Shown: positions 62,225 to 64,000 of the stretch, one piece after another | Layout of the letters: every line of letters begins with the position of its first letter | Position numbering within the stretch: the first letter of the stretch is position 1 | NCBI GenBank assembly: GCA_037443365.1 | Contig: JBBIOM010000002.1 | Span: 57,268 to 121,267 of the forward strand | Direction of reading: 5' to 3' | From: Armatimonadota bacterium | Lineage (GTDB): Bacteria > Sysuimicrobiota > Sysuimicrobiia > Sysuimicrobiales > Humicultoraceae | Length of the DNA: 64,000 nucleotides | Position numbers and translations under genes: made by a program | Notes under the pieces: model-generated | What the model was told of the DNA's origin: nothing | The model's input: only the letters and a program-made list of their open reading frames with translations | Database searches by the model: none

Positions 62225-63255
62225 CACTTCGTCCAAAGGCTCCCCTGCGCGCGCGCGCCCTCTGGAGCGGTCAGGCCCAGGTGGACGTAGGCGGCCGGCG
62301 TGGCGCGTCGTCCGGCAGGCGTGCGGGCGATGAGCCCGGCCTTCAGGAGGTAGGGCTCCACCACCTCCTCGAGGGTATCGGTCTCCTCGTGCAGTGATGC
62401 GGCCAGGGCCTCGATGCCAGCAGGGCCGCCCGCGTACACCTGGATCAGGGTGCGCAGCAGGTCGCGGTCGAGGCCGTCCAGCCCCAGGTGATCCACACCC
62501 TCGAACTCGAGCGCCTCCTGCGCGACGGTCCGGGTCACGACGCCGTCGGCCCGCACCTGCGCGTAGTCGCGCACACGGCGCAGCAGCCGGTTCGCGATCC
62601 TGGGCGTGCCGCGCGAACGCCGCGCGATCTCCTCGGCTCCTCCCTGCTCCACCGGCACCTGCAGGATCCCGGCCGAGCGCAGCACGACCCGTATCAGATC
62701 CTCGACCGTGAAGAAGTCGAGGTGGTGGAATATCCCGAACCGCTCGCGTAGGGGACTCGACAGCAGCCCGGCGCGCGTCGTCGCACCCACCAGCGTGAAC
62801 GGCCGGAGCTGGTAGCGCAACGTGCGCGCGTGCTGCCCCTTGTCCAGCACGAAGTTCACGCAGAAGTCCTCCATGGCGGGATAGAGCAGCTCCTCGATCC
62901 CGCGCGAGAGACGGTGGATCTCGTCGATGAACAACACGTCTCCGGCGCCCAGGTTGGTGAGGATGCCCATGAGGTCGCCGCCCCGCTCCAGCGCCGGGCC
63001 GCTCGTGGCGACGAACTGCGCGCCCATCTCGCGGGCCACTACCGCAGCCAGCGTGGTCTTGCCGAGCCCGGGTGGGCCGTGGAGCAGGACGTGGTCGAGC
63101 GACTCGCTCCGCCCGCAGGCGGCGTCAATGCTGATGCGCAACCCCTCGATGACCCGCATCTGCCCGATGCACTCGGCGAGACGCTGAGGCCGCAGGCTGC
63201 GCATGACCTGCTCCTCCTCGCTCGAGGCCTCGGGGTCGAGGCGCTTGCGGCTCAT
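62224..63255 (-). CDS. ruvB: Holliday junction helicase RuvB
   Basis: [21 protein letters not shown] and GATTRAG. Confidence 0.95.
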   Translation of the reverse strand: MSRKRLDPEASSEEEQVMRSLRPQRLAECIGQMRVIEGLRISIDAACGRSESLDHVLLHGPPGLGKTTLAAVVAREMGAQFVATSGPALERGGDLMGILTNLGAGDVLFIDEIHRLSRGIEELLYPAMEDFCVNFVLDKGQHARTLRYQLRPFTLVGATTRAGLLSSPLRERFGIFHHLDFFTVEDLIRVVLRSAGILQVPVEQGGAEEIARRSRGTPRIANRLLRRVRDYAQVRADGVVTRTVAQEALEFEGVDHLGLDGLDRDLLRTLIQVYAGGPAGIEALAASLHEETDTLEEVVEPYLLKAGLIARTPAGRRATPAAYVHLGLTAPEGARAQGSLWTK

Positions 63256-63875
63256 TCGCCCTCGCTCCGTTCTATCCGGTAGACTTCCTGGAAGAGGGCG
63301 TCGGCCGAGTCCAGGTGCGGGGCGCGGCGCAGCGCCTCCTCCACCATCCGGCGGGCCTCGGCCGCGCGGTGCCCGAGCTGGCGGGTGAGCACGAGAACAA
63401 CCTCCTCGCGGAAGTCGGCCTCCGGGGGCCTGGGAGGCCCGACGGCCTCGCGCAGCAGCGCGTACTTGCCCATCTTGCCGTGCAGGGTGGCGATCACCTT
63501 CTCCGCGCTCCGTCCGCCGATGCCCGGCAGGCGCTGCAGGAAGACCGCGTCCCGGCGCTCGATCGCGTCGGCTATGTCGTGGATCGAGCGCACCATGGCG
63601 CGCACCGCCTTGGTCGGTCCCAGGCCGTCCACCGTGATGAACCGCTCGAAGAACTCCTGCTCGATTTCGCGCAGGAATCCGATCAGCACCGGCCGGGGCT
63701 GGTTGGCCGTCACGTGGTATGAGACGAACAGCTCGAGCGGTGCGTCCCCCTCACCGGAGGGCAGCGCGGCCTCCACCACGGGCGGCAGCGACACCTCGTA
63801 GCCCACGCCGCCCACATCGAGCACGACTACCCCCTCGCCTCGGCGCAGCACCTTCCCGCGCAGGAATCGGATCAT
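63252..63875 (-). CDS. ruvA: Holliday junction DNA-binding protein RuvA
   Basis: MIRFLRGKV...[11 protein letters not shown] and the HhH region [12 protein letters not shown]. The start is at internal Met13. Confidence 0.9.
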   Translation of the reverse strand: MIRFLRGKVLRRGEGVVVLDVGGVGYEVSLPPVVEAALPSGEGDAPLELFVSYHVTANQPRPVLIGFLREIEQEFFERFITVDGLGPTKAVRAMVRSIHDIADAIERRDAVFLQRLPGIGGRSAEKVIATLHGKMGKYALLREAVGPPRPPEADFREEVVLVLTRQLGHRAAEARRMVEEALRRAPHLDSADALFQEVYRIERSEGE

Positions 63876-64000
63876 CGCGGGCCCCTCCCCATTCGGGCCA
63901 GCCCGGCGCACGCCAACGCCAGGGCGTCGGCGGCGTGCTGTGAGGGCCGGCGGCGCAGCCCCAGCAGCGCGCGTACGGCCTCCTGGACCTGCGCCTTGGT
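63872..64000 (-). CDS. ruvC: Holliday junction resolvase RuvC, 3' end only (gene runs off the window)
   Basis: The reverse-complement frame reads [42 protein letters not shown], then stop. DAADALA is the conserved RuvC C-terminal motif. The stop overlaps the ruvA ATG (ATGA). Confidence 0.7.
   Translation of the reverse strand, partial: TKAQVQEAVRALLGLRRRPSQHAADALALACAGLARMGRGPR

Noticed and set aside
1-64000. Search by eye for rRNA, tRNA, CRISPR arrays, transposases, integrases, phage genes and long direct or inverted repeats.
   Set aside because: None recognised. Intergenic spaces are nearly all under 150 nt and the only repeats seen are protein-level paralogues (hdrB/C, hdrA-like, metF, metV, cooC, cNMP domains). 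A tRNA or ncRNA scan was not run, so small RNAs cannot be excluded.

Overview
High-GC bacterial chromosome segment. By eye it looks Firmicutes-like (ruvCAB-spoIID-queA ... tgt-yajC synteny), but I cannot name the organism. Almost all genes are on the minus strand and are tightly packed, with many 1-nt (TGATG) or 4-nt (ATGA/GTGA/TTGA) stop/start overlaps.

The core, about 5.0-42.9 kb, is a co-linear supercluster that appears to encode the whole Wood-Ljungdahl pathway:
- cooC, acsA (CODH), acsB (ACS), acsC, a RACo-type corrinoid activator, cooC, a DUF3786-like ORF, acsD, acsE, folC, metV and fhs.
- A non-canonical split HdrA/MvhD/HdrC/HdrB module, then metV and metF.
- Two stand-alone receiver proteins, a second metF, and a cNMP-domain histidine kinase.
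- A giant HdrA-type protein whose N-terminus is a His-less copy of that kinase's sensor and dimerisation region, then mvhD and a fused hdrCB.
- fchA, folD, NuoE-like and NuoF-like genes, and a selenocysteine (in-frame TGA plus SECIS-like hairpin) formate dehydrogenase, followed by a split class I fumarase.

The plus-strand start of the window carries hdrC, hdrB, a [NiFe]-hydrogenase large subunit and its maturation protease. Downstream of the Wood-Ljungdahl block are:
- An aldolase-domain protein, a NarL/HisKA_3 two-component pair and a polyprenyl synthase.
- A System I cytochrome c maturation cluster (ccmABCDEF).
- A BshC-like/PIG-L/GT2 trio.
- Housekeeping genes: yajC, tgt, glutamate dehydrogenase, queA, spoIID-like and ruvABC.

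I recognised no rRNA, tRNA, CRISPR array or mobile element. The most unusual feature is the signalling module wired into the electron-bifurcating methylene-THF reductase genes. It consists of the kinase, the two output-less receivers and the pseudo-kinase/HdrA fusion. All calls rest on motif recognition by eye; no searches were run.
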